A stretch of DNA of 63,286 nt, filler included, from Hyphochytrium catenoides (Eukaryota > Protista > Hyphochytriomycota): NCBI GenBank assembly GCA_900088475.1. It is 12 parts of 12 records of this genome, joined end to end, with 100 filler letters (N's around TTAATTAATTAA, not from the genome) between each part and the next. Parts side by side here need not be neighbours in the genome. Positions count along the whole stretch, not along the records: positions 36,349 to 41,135 come from FLMG01000704.1; positions 41,236 to 61,351 come from FLMG01004084.1; 10 more parts are not named here. One strand, written 5' to 3'. The notes under the pieces are model-generated. The model searched no databases. It was given only the letters and a program-made list of their open reading frames with translations, and had not been told where the DNA came from. The stretch's first letter is position 1. Each line of letters starts with the position of its first letter. A program made the translations under genes and the position numbers. Of this stretch, positions 39,809 through 50,800 are shown in pieces.

Positions 39809-40333
39809 TCACACACTCTGTCTGTCCGTCATAGCTCGAACAATAGTCCCCAGCCCCACTTTCTCAACTACTTTGGAGTGCCATTTGAAGAGCTGTCCAC
39901 TGTTCTGAGCGAGCGCCAGGCCGCGGTAGATGTACCTGTTTTATAAAGGAACGAGGGTTAGACTCCCAGAGCTTTGCCTTTATAATCTTAGTCCAGTAGC
40001 AGGGCTTACTTCATGAGAATGTCGCACTCCTCGTCTGATAGAGCCTCCACAATGCTGGCAATGTCAGCTTCCGAGCAGGAGCTGAGAGCTCTGTTGACGG
40101 TCTCAGCGTTCAGGTTCTAGAAGAATGACGAGAGAGAGTTAACGGATACGTACTGTCATTGTAGATTAGGGATGAGACCTTACCTTGACGGAAAGATCCT
40201 TGGATGTGAGAGGAGGATTCTCAAGCGCTGCTCTCACGGCATCATGAACCTTTCTGCCAGTTATTAGGGCCGCAACTTGCTTTGCTCGAGCTGCCACTTG
40301 CGCTCTCGTAGCCTCCTCTGAAGGATCAGACAT
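39809..40333 (-). CDS. ARPC5: Arp2/3 complex subunit 5 (p16-Arc), 127 aa, 3 exons: 40333-40184, 40116-40010, 39935-39809
   Basis: Not in the ORF track. Spliced product includes AALENPPLTSKD, CDILMKYIYRGL, LFKWHSKVVEKVGLGTIVRAMTDRQSV*, all typical ARPC5 motifs. Canonical GTAAG...AG introns. Confidence 0.95.
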
Positions 40334-40761
40334 GGCTGGGACACTTCCTTATCCAAATATCCCTTTAGGCAGGCCTCTTCCTGTCCACGCTTTCCTTCTC
40401 GTTTATCGCTTTTGCAAGATGAGGATCTCTCCCACGTATAGTTGCAGCCGATATGCTCGTCTGTCTCCCTTGGCTTCGTGTTGCTCCTTTCTAACCTTAT
40501 CGAGGAGAGGAGAAGGCAAGATGCGAATCTCTTTGAAGATCTCGCATAATCTGCAGATTTCTCTATGTCCAAGTATACGGGCGTTACCGGCTAACCTTGA
40601 ATACCTACAATAGAAATTGTGGGCGCTCACTGTTAGCAGCTTTACTAGGAGGACACTTACTGGGTAAGGATTCTGGGTACCCTTAATAGCAAGTTGGGTG
40701 CAGCTTGGGCTGCGTCAGATCCTCGATGACAGAGATTATTGCGGCTCTCCATGGAGCTTCA

Positions 40762-41135
40762 TCACTGAGAACTGCCTTTCATGCACCTCCGCAGGCGTGT
40801 ATAGAAGGGCTTTGTCGTTGCACATAGGGTAGGCTGCCACGAAAGGCATAGGGCTCTTCTGTTAGAGGCATAGACTGTACGTGGTACTTACTTCGATAGA
40901 GGTACAGGATCGTGCCTCGAGTCGATCGGCGACTATTTCGCTCGTTATCTGCTTACAGCTGTCCTGCAGCCCGTATCGACGACTTTGTTTCTCCAAGAAG
41001 ATGGCTTTCAGGGGCAGGGTAGACAGAGTCCTGGTAAGAAAGCGTGAATGAGACTGGCGCTTGTGGCTCTAATCACCATTGATCCCTCTCTCTAATGTGG
41101 ACCGTGAAGGCTCTGCTGCGAACTGCCTATCAAGA
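40762..41135 (-). CDS. 3' exons of an unidentified spliced gene, 5' end in gap
   Basis: One frame stays open from the contig edge across two GT-AG introns (one is 40891-40834): LDRQFAAEPFTVHIRERDQWTLSTLPLKAIFLEKQ...CTSIEPTLCATTKPFYTRLRRCMKGSSQ*. Confidence 0.4.
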
Positions 41136-42226
41136 NNNNNNNNNNNNNNNNNNNNNNNNNNNNNNNNNNNNNNNNNNNNTTAATTAATTAANNNNNNNNN
41201 NNNNNNNNNNNNNNNNNNNNNNNNNNNNNNNNNNNAGCTTAGCTATCCCTTAGTGTTAGACAGCTGCCGGAGAGCCAGAGAGGGCATTCAGGATGAATCT
41301 CCAGTGTCAACTCTGCATAGCAAGGCCATTATGGGAATGTATCTGTTCCTGGGAAGCGCGTGGAAGCAGTTGATGCAGCTCTAACTCTTGATTACTAGCG
41401 GCGATCAGTAGGGCTGACGGCTGACGAGAGAGAGCTGAAGCGTACAGAAAGAGCGAGCAGCTTGAAGGACAGACTAACAAAGAGAGAGAGAGAGAGAGAG
41501 AGCACGCTGAATCGTCAGCAGATCTTTTTCCTCCATCAAAGATCTCGTGATCGTTTGTGGAGCTTTGTAAGGAGGACATCATCACTCTGTTTATTCAAGG
41601 AACCATCGATCTCCCTCGTAGATATATAGAGCTTGACCAGCGCCAAAAATCGAATCTAGGTCTAGGAAGAGCTCAATGGCGCTCCAAATGCTCCTACAGA
41701 ATCCTAAATAAATCAGTGGGTAATGTATGGAAGTTTAGGTAGATCAAAAAATGCATGGAGTGTTGTTTGGTCAGGATTGTTCTAGATTCCTCTGTCTAAA
41801 GCTGCCGTTATAAGCTCCCAATAAGTAGCCAACGGAATGTTTGACCTCCTCCTAAGATAAATTTTTAGAAAAGTAGAACAAGTCATCAAGGGTTCTACAG
41901 AGAGGAGCGAATCATTGCCTGTTTATCTGTAGGGCCATTTGGTCATCATGTCAAACAACTACCACTCTTTATGCTTCAAACACACATCGTCCGCATGGTA
42001 GTTCATAGGTACATTACCATGCCATCTCACTCATCGGAAGTATCTTCTCTCTCTGTGTCTGTGATTGTTCTAGAGTGTAGACGTTTATTACACTCTCATC
42101 ACACCACTCGCCATTCTTTCATAACCAGAATTATCCACTCTTTCTCTCTCTCTTTTTCACATCTGTCCACCCTCCTCTCTCTCTCTCTCTCTCTCCCTCT
42201 CTCTGTCTCTCTCTCCTTCTCTCACA

Positions 42227-42258
<32 letters not shown>

Positions 42259-42262
42259 ACAC

Positions 42263-42304
<42 letters not shown>

Positions 42305-42946
42305 GTCTCACTCTGTCTCTCTCTCTCTTTCTCCCTCTCTCTGTCTTTCTCTCTCTCTCTGTCTCTCTGTCTCTCTCTCGTACTCTTAACTCTGTTTACT
42401 CTCTCTTCCTATCTCCCTCCACTCTTCTCTCTCTCCCTCTTTCAAGCTCTCTCTCTCTTCTCCCCCATCTCTGTCTTCCTATGATTGCTCTTTCTTCTTC
42501 CTATGTCGCTTCTCTTCAGTTTTCCTGCAATGCGTCGTTTGTCTACGTGAAGAGAGAGAGAGAGAGCAGCTTGTGCCGCTTCTCTCTCCTGTGAGATATC
42601 TTCTGAGAAAGCAGAAGAGACAGACAAGAAGAGTTGGGAAGGAATCTAAGGAAATGGACGAGCAGGTCCTGGCAAACGAAAGGCCGACGAGTAAGAAGAA
42701 GGAAGAGCTCTCATGTGCTCCCCTTTCACCCTCTCTCTCTCTCTCCCTCCTCACTGACACTCGTCCCCTCCTTCATTTTCACTCTCTCCGCTCCCGTTGT
42801 GAGCTCTTTCTCCTCCTTTCACTTCGAAAGTTCCTACGGAGCTCTTAGCTACTCACCGGCCGGCCAGAGGAGAGCACGTCTTTCTCTCTGCTCTTTCTCT
42901 GTTTGTGCAGCCCTTTCTCTGTCTTTCTCTTGTCAGCAGTCAGAAG

Positions 42947-45296
42947 ATGAAGATCTTCCTCTTATCTTCTTTCTCCCTCTGCCTTATCTTCGCCTCAATC
43001 TGTGAAGGAGCATGGCAGGGCCCGCCGTCTTCTCCCTTCTTCGCTTATCTCAGCACGAAGACTCCTTACTGGCCGCAGCAGGATCCTGCAACTCTCACAC
43101 CTCCACCGCCCTCCTGCAAGCCCAAGCAGCTCAACTGGGTCATTAGACATGGAGCTCGGTGCGAGGCCGCCTTAGTCTCTTACTCTTCTTCCTTCTTCTA
43201 GACCCGATTGAGTTTCTCTTGCTTCATATTCTTCTATCTTCTTTCCTCCCTCGCTCGCGTTCTCCTCTCGAGTTCCTCTTCTTCTTTCTTCTAGACCCGA
43301 TTGAGTTTCTCTTGCTTCATATTCTTCTCTCTTCGTTCCTCCCTCGCCCGCGTTCTCCTCTCGAGTTCTCACACATCTACTGTTTCTCATACTTAGCGGC
43401 CCAGGCTCAGACGATGTGGAAGACCTTCAGAAATTTGTCCAGAAAGTAAAGAGTACGTCTTCCTCTCTCCCGTCCTGGCTAGTCAACTACAAAGTTCCCT
43501 TTGATCCGAAAGAGGACAAAGAGCTCTTTCCCTCTGGAATGAAGGAAATAGCAGGACTGGCAGAGAGACTGCGCTCCGTCTACGCCTCTCTCCTCTCCTC
43601 GCCATACAATCCGTCTGATGTAAGGATTAGACATACGGATGTACCGCGAACGGGCATGTCGGCTTCATCGTAAGAGCTTTCTCTCAATATCATCTTTGTC
43701 TCATCCTCTATGTTTAGTCTCCTTCACTGGCGGCGCATCTTCTTGCTTGACTGTGCCTCGTGTCCTCCACCCTGCTGGTTCTAGCCTCTATCTTAAGCTT
43801 CCTTCCCTCTATGAACCGGCGCGACTTACATTATGTTCTCTCAGCTTCTCGTATGCTCTATATCAAGGGACGGGAGTTCTTGGCTCCGATCGATTCCAAC
43901 CTGTCTTTTCACAAAGTATGCCAAAGAAGCAGGTACACATTCGATTGCTGCACCATCTTTCTCGTTCTTCTCTCTGTACGGGGACGATCAACTGGGAGAT
44001 CCACACACATGAGTTGGGAGACAACTGTCCAAAACGATAGCCCATCGCCTTGCTCTATAAGTTTTCCTAGTAAAGATACAGAGAAACAGCACGATAGCAG
44101 GAACACTGCCAGGAGAGACTGAGTGATGCTAAGTGATAGCAAGGCTCTAAAGCTAGCCCCCTGACTGGGCCCTTTCTAAGCTGCTCTCTCTCTCTCTCCA
44201 TATCTCTTTCTCAGGATGTTCTGCTACGGTTCTACGATAACTGCCCTCTGTACGAGTCCTCAGTGACTGAAAATGAGACGGCCTTGGCGGAGGTCTCGGC
44301 TTTTGCCAAAGGAGAGCTGATAGAGGCTCTACCTGGCAGACTGTCTCACTCGCTAGGGCTGAAGACAAATCTGACCGTCGAAGATCTCCAACTGGCTTAC
44401 ACAGCTTGCATGTAGGGATATTGCAATGCACTTTCTTCTTTCGCATTCTTCTACCGCTTACTTCCACGACTTTCGGCACCCTCGTCCTCTCTCCTTTTAG
44501 TTGCTACTGTTTTCCTGAAGGCGCTACCCGTCGCATTGTATGTCTGCTTATTTTAGCTCCAATCCCTTTGTGTTCCGACCTCTTCGTAGTTAGTCTCCCC
44601 TTCCTCTCCCCACAAAGCACATTCTTGCAGTCGCGGCTCTTTTTCTTATTTGGGAAGTCCTTGGGGCTTGATGTGCCAGCCAACCTGAAGCCATTCTCTC
44701 TCATCAACAGATACGAAGCCTCTCTCTATAACCAAACACAGTGGTGTGAGCTCCTAGGGGAGGAAACGCTGCAGGTGCTTGAGTACGCAGAGGACCTAGA
44801 AGAGTACTGGGAAGAAAGCTATGGCCATGATATCAACTTCCTGATGGCATCGCCTTTACTAAAGCACCTAATGGACAACATGGACGAGGCTTCAGGGAGG
44901 ACCAGTGAAGAGAAGAAAGGAGAAGAAGGAGGAAAAGTTGCCAGCTTTCTCTTTGCGCACTCGGAGACTGTTAGCCCGCTCGCTGCCCTTCTGAATCTAC
45001 CTTTTCGGGATCCGATGACGGCCAATCGCTCTCTGAAGGAAATAAACCAGAGGAACTTCAGAGCCGCAAAGGTTGCTCCCATGGGTGGCAACATAGGACT
45101 TGTACTTTATGAGTGTGACAAGATGAGCGCCAACGAAGAGAAGGGGGAACGATACAAGGTAAAGCTCCTACTGAACGAGAAGGAGTGGATAATCCCCGGT
45201 TGTTCGGAGCTCTACTGTGACTACGACCAGGCTAGGCAGGTATGGGCCAACCGCCTGGTGGGAGACTTCGACAAGCTCTGTGGCCGGAAGAAGTGA
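42947..45296 (+). CDS. MINPP1: Multiple inositol polyphosphate phosphatase / phytase-like histidine acid phosphatase (451 aa, 5 exons)
   Basis: Exons 42947-43158, 43397-43669, 43845-43932, 44215-44411, 44711-45296. Signal peptide, LSTKTPY, catalytic RHGARGP spanning intron 1, LLRFYDNC, LEYAEDLEEYW, FAHSET, and PMGGNIGLVLYEC. Confidence 0.93.
43183..43367 (+). repeat. 93-bp tandem duplication in MINPP1 intron 1
   Basis: CTAGACCCGATTGAGTTTCTCTTGCTTCATATTCTTCT... occurs at 43198 and 43291 with few mismatches. Confidence 0.92.
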
Positions 45297-46057
45297 TGAC
45301 ATAGAATGGAGTGAAGAGGAGAATGGCTGAACAACAAGGGCTGAAGGCTCTCTCTCACTTGTCCAAGCGTTTTCTGCTGAGAACTCCTAGGGCTTCCTAT
45401 TGCGACTCTAAATAAGTCCTATATTATCTTTTTCTGCTGGCTTCCATTGGCTATTCCTGTGCTCGCCCACTGAAAGGGAAGGTAGAGCGGAAACAGGAGG
45501 TCAGCGCTGATATCGAAAAGATTTGCACTGGAGAGTGTAGACTTTCCCCTCGAAGAGAGAGGGTGATGAAACAGAGGAATTGGAGAGATGAGGCATAGAA
45601 GGGAAGTGACCACAATATTCTAACTAGAGTATCAGTTGATGGCTAAAGGACGGAGGCCATGAAGAGGCGGACCTGCGTAGAAGTTGGAGAATGGAAAGGA
45701 AATGAAAGGTCAAGGAGAAAAGAACCAGTAGCATAGAGTAGTAGGTAGTAAGTATCGGAGAGTAGCTTATGTACTAAGGCGCCCTCGTTTCCTTGCCTGA
45801 CACCTTGGACCCAGCATATGGAAAGAAGACAATAAGGGATATGACACAGGGGTTGTGAGAACCCATAGCTCATCCTGTCTCTGGCAAGTATAGCAGAAGC
45901 CGCTGTGCCTTGCTGAAGGACATTGTGTTAGAAAAGACGACGGCGAGAGAGGCAAGAAGTGAGAAGGCAACAAGGAGAGAGAAAGAGAGGCACTAACGAC
46001 GGAGAGAGAGGGAAGAGAAAGTGAGAAGATGCAAGAGAGAGAGAGAGAGAGGAGCTC

Positions 46058-46875
46058 TCGCCATAGTGCAGGACTGAGAAATAAGTAGTGCAGCAGACGA
46101 TCCTATCCTCCAGGAAGATGGCTAGACACTATCTGACACCGTCGCAGACTTAGATTGATGAGGGAATGAAGGAGACGCCGGCAACGGAGAGAGTATCAAA
46201 CCAAACATATAGGAAGCTAGAGGAAAAAAGAGACGACGAGGCTTAACAATGTGGGACGACGAGGCTCAACAAGCCAGCACAGGGACCTGAGCTTAGAAAG
46301 TGAAAGTAAAGGTGAGAGATGTCATGGGGTGGCCGGGCAGGGGAAGGGGAGCGAGAGAGAGAGAGAGGAGAGAGAGAGAGAATGAGAGAGAGAGGAGAAG
46401 GGGAAGAGAGAGGAAAGGGGAGAGAGGAAGGGGGAGAGAGAAGAGGGAGAGAGAGGAAGGGGGAGAGAGAGAGGAAAGGAGGGGGTGGGAGAGAGAGCGA
46501 GAGAGGGAGAGAGAGCGAGAGAGGGAGAGCGAGAGAGGAGCCGAGAGAGCGAGGAGAGCGACCGAGGGGAAGATTGAGCGACCCGAGAGAAGATAACGAG
46601 GAGGCCACGGGTGAGATCGAAGGCGATCATGGAGAAGCAGGAGTCAAAATCCTAGTACTCAGCCTGTCTCCGGCAATTTTACCAGAAGGCGCTTTGCCTA
46701 GCTAGACGACATGTTTAGAAATGAGGACAGGGAGAGAGACAAGAGAAAATGAGATGATGAAGCAACGAAGAGAGAGGGGCACGGTCGCCTAGTGCAGGAC
46801 AGAGAACGGCAGACGGAGCAGAAGATCTTACCTTCCAGGGAGATGGCTAAACCTTCGACACCGTCGCTGCCTTAG
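46058..46875 (+). repeat. Diverged direct repeat, two copies ~725 bp apart
   Basis: TAGTGCAGGAC.GAGAA...CCAGG.AGATGGCTA...GACACCGTCGC...CTTAG at ~46064-46153 and ~46790-46875. Confidence 0.75.
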
Positions 46876-47862
46876 CACCTTTTAAGACAAGCAGGCCCAG
46901 GTGTTGAATTCAGCAACACACCAGAGGTGAAGGACGAGAGAGATGTTAGAGGAGAGAAAAGGGAATGCACCTTAGAGGTGAGACGGAAAGGCGGACGTAG
47001 GGTGCCACAACATAACAGGGGAAGCTTCCCATATTGTTTTGGATGAGGAAGTGCCGAGGGAGGCGGGAGGTATGTGAGTGAGACTGTGAGAGAGAGAGCG
47101 AGAGAGAGAGAGAAAGAAAGAAAAGGGAGAGAGCGGCCGAGGGAGAGAGCTCGAGCGAGTAGGTCGAAGAGGCCAGGTTTGAGAACGACGAGATTGTGAA
47201 GCATGAGTCAATCGTTTGGTGTCGGCCTAGGATAGGATGGCGGAGACTCGCTGCAATGTGTAAAGAGAGAGAGACGAAAGAAGTGCTTAACGCTCAAAGG
47301 ACTCTAGAGAAATATGCGCAGACGTTGAGAGCTGACAACTGTGAGAGAGAGGAAAGAGGAGAAGACTGTTTCAGGTACTAGTCATATTGACAAGAGACGG
47401 AGGTTACAGAACCAGAACAGCAAATGATGAAAAGCGGAAGAAGAGAGAGAGAGAGAGCACTTGCAGAGTCAGGAACAGAACCATCAGCTGCAAAATACTT
47501 TGAGAGATCAGAGAAGAGGAAAGTGCAGACCCGCGAGGATCGAGGAGCTAGAGAGACTGCGGAGTCTGTGAGGACGCAAGAGACAAAGTAAGAGCTTTGC
47601 ATAGTGGTAGACGAATCCCTTTCATTATAACCTAAATATGTAAGAAGTGAAGATAGCCCTCTGAGGGCTGAAAGGAACAGAGCAGCAGATATAAATACCT
47701 CTCACTTCTCTCCGAGATCCCTCTCTCAGTCTCTCTTCTCCTCTCTCAAAGCAGACACCGGTTTGAGAAGAGAGGGAGACAAGAGAGAGATAGAAAGAAG
47801 AGAGAGGCTTTTAGCTAAGTGCATCTGCATCGCCGTTCCTGGTGTCCTATAAGTCTAAAAGT

Positions 47863-50800
47863 CTACCGCATACGCCTAGAGGTACTAGGCGAAGACGCCT
47901 TGGCAACTTCGGTCACATCTGTCGCATTCTTCGACACCGCTACTGGAGTTGTTCCAGCTTCAGTTGGGAGAGGGGAAGCAGAGGTGTGAGCCACGCCTGT
48001 CGTAGGGACGGTCGTAGTCGTTGCAGACGTAGGAGCCAATGAAGGAGCCTCAGTCATTGGGAGTTCGGTTAGAGGGACATCTGGAGAGGCTTCCATTGTG
48101 CTGTTCTCTCCCATGTTGCTCAGCGCTGACCTCGCATCGTCGTCAACGTCTGCATCCTCCACAATGAAGTTCTCCGAGCGCGGTCTGACCTTGTTAGCAA
48201 GCGCATTCAGGAGGTTGCCTAGCCCAAACGGCAGTTTGATCTGTGTGTTTTGGAGAAGAGAGAGGATGACACCAAAGAGGTTGGGCAGGAGAGCATCTGG
48301 GAGAGAGTTGAGACACCTGTTGAGCCACTCAAAGTGTACACCATCGCGAACAGTGTCAAACTCTACGACGAACTTCCCTTTGTGCCAGATAAGATCGTTG
48401 ATGATGCCAAAGATGTTAAGAATGCCCTTGGAGAGACGCAGCTGAGCCTTGATCTTTGTCACGCCACCGTTGTTTCCGTTGGTGAGCTTCGTGTCACGGA
48501 TCATCACCTTTCCAAGCTCTCTGTCTTTGATCTTTAGGAAGCCCAAGACATCACCAACATTGATACCCAGAGCTCCAGGATTGTTAAATTGCACGTCCAG
48601 ATCAATGCCAAAGCCCTCCTTGAAGCTGATAGACGGCTTTACATGGAGAGGAGACCAGAGAATGAGCTCTGGGGCTTCAATAAGTCCGCGAGAGAAGAGC
48701 GTGAACGTCTGCTCAGGAGTAGCCTTTCTAGGGTCAGCTACAGTGTGGATTTTAGCGTATCCTAGAGACATCTCCTGCGCGAAATCCTCCCACTTTAGCA
48801 ACCTTGGAGCAGCCACCTGAAGTCCATCGATGATGGTCGGAGAGCCTTCAAACCGTGTGATAAGCACCAGGCGGAACTTAGGTGGGCCTCCAGGACCAAT
48901 CTTCAAGTCGGAGATGTATGCATCCACGATTGCACCGTTCTTGTAGACCACAGCGCCCGTGACAGAAGGAATGTTAACCTCCATGACCTGCAGCTTCTTA
49001 GGGAAAGGCGCAAGGGTTATCATGGCATCCATGCCTTCAGCAGTAATGTCACAGGCGATGTCTCCCAGTTCGACGGGGCGGTTTTTGTCCACAAACTTCC
49101 ACACAGCGTCTAGAGCATCATGCAGAGGAGCAGAGACCGCGACCTCTTCAAAGGTGTCCACTTGCGCAGCCTCAGTCCCAAAGTGGAGCTTTGTCAAAGT
49201 CATCGTCAGGTCAAAGTGGTTACCTGGAGGATAGTGGAAGACAACATCTCCTAGAGCCACTGCCATCCTGCTAGCCATCTCCATAGCCAGATCATTGCTC
49301 TCAAACCCGATCACGATGTCCACTGTGACTACACCGTCCTTGAAAGTAAAGCCCTTGGCCACAAATTGAGCAAACGGAGCGGCGTTGAGCAACATGGCCC
49401 CAGAAGCAAAAGGCACAAAGATGCTGAAGTTATTCAGGTCAATGCCCAGGATCTTTGCATCAACAGAGACAGAGAAGTGTCCATTGTCAGGCATTCCAAT
49501 CTTTGCCTTGCTGATATCCACATCATACTTGGAGGGCACCGTGCCATCAATGGCTCCAATGAGCTCCTTGTAAAGATCAGAGACGAACTTGCGGATGTCC
49601 GTGGCGATAGTATTCACGCTGATGGCAATGTCTGCAAGCTCCATGAGATCCACAAAGTCATCCGAAGAAAAACCAAATTGGGCGCCAGCGGCTCCAACCG
49701 TGGCCGTCACATTGCCACTACCCGCGATCTGCACTACCAGTTCCTTGCACGCGCTCTTGGCCTCAGGGGAGGATACAAAGGAGACCTTAGATTTGACAGC
49801 CAAATCCAACTGCTTCTGCGCAGACGGCTCAATGACCAGCCCGCCGTCCAACTTCGCATTGGCAATCTTTGCACCACTGACCGTCACCCCACTGTTGATG
49901 AAAGGCATAGAGACGTGAATGGAAGGGGCGAAGTCCTTGACAGAGATGGAACCATCCACCTTTATCTCTGGACTGGTGGAGGCATCCAGACCACCGTTGT
50001 TGATCGTGATCTTCTTCATCAGCTTGTCCACGGAGTCGAAGTCTTCAAGGTTGATACCAAGCCCTAAGAGAATCTGGTCTACAAGCTTTTTGTTGAGCAC
50101 AGAGGCCGATGGGATGCTGATCTTGGCCTGGCTGAAGGCCTTAATGAAGTCACTGTCGCTGTAACCAAACACCACGCCATTGACAGTAAATCGTTCCTTT
50201 GTGTTGCCCAGACCTTCCTTTAACACTTCCTTGAGCAGCTTTGCCACCATCTGCTTGGCTTCCAAGGAGGACTTACCAAAAACAAGCTCAGAGGCCACTG
50301 CCAACCCGTTCTTTCCAGGCACCAACTGCAGCTTTCCAAAGCGCGCATCCAGCATATGGATGAGTTCAATGCCGAGGTTCATAGACGAAAAGCCCACATC
50401 AAGAGTGACAGGGAAGGGAAGGGAGACTTGTGCATCCACGCCCAGCCTCACCGTCTGCTGTGGCGCTGCCCCAACATCAACCTTGCTCATACCGAACTCG
50501 AACTTCTTCAGGAGAGCAGCAATGTCCAGAGGCTTAGAGCCGTCACCGAGGATGGGCTTGAGCCTGTTGAGATGCAGAGAGAAGTACACGCCCTCCAGAG
50601 CACGAATATAGTCGTCCGCGCTAACTCCAATCCTGGCTCCGCCAAGCTTAAGGACCGAGGTGAACTCACTATTCTCAAAGAATTGCTGGGTGATGACACC
50701 AATCTTGCCTGCTAGGCTATCGCTGTCCATGACCTGTGTCCTTATTCCTAGGTCCAGAGTGGTGTTCCCGCTGGTCACTTTAACCCCTGAAATGTGGTTG

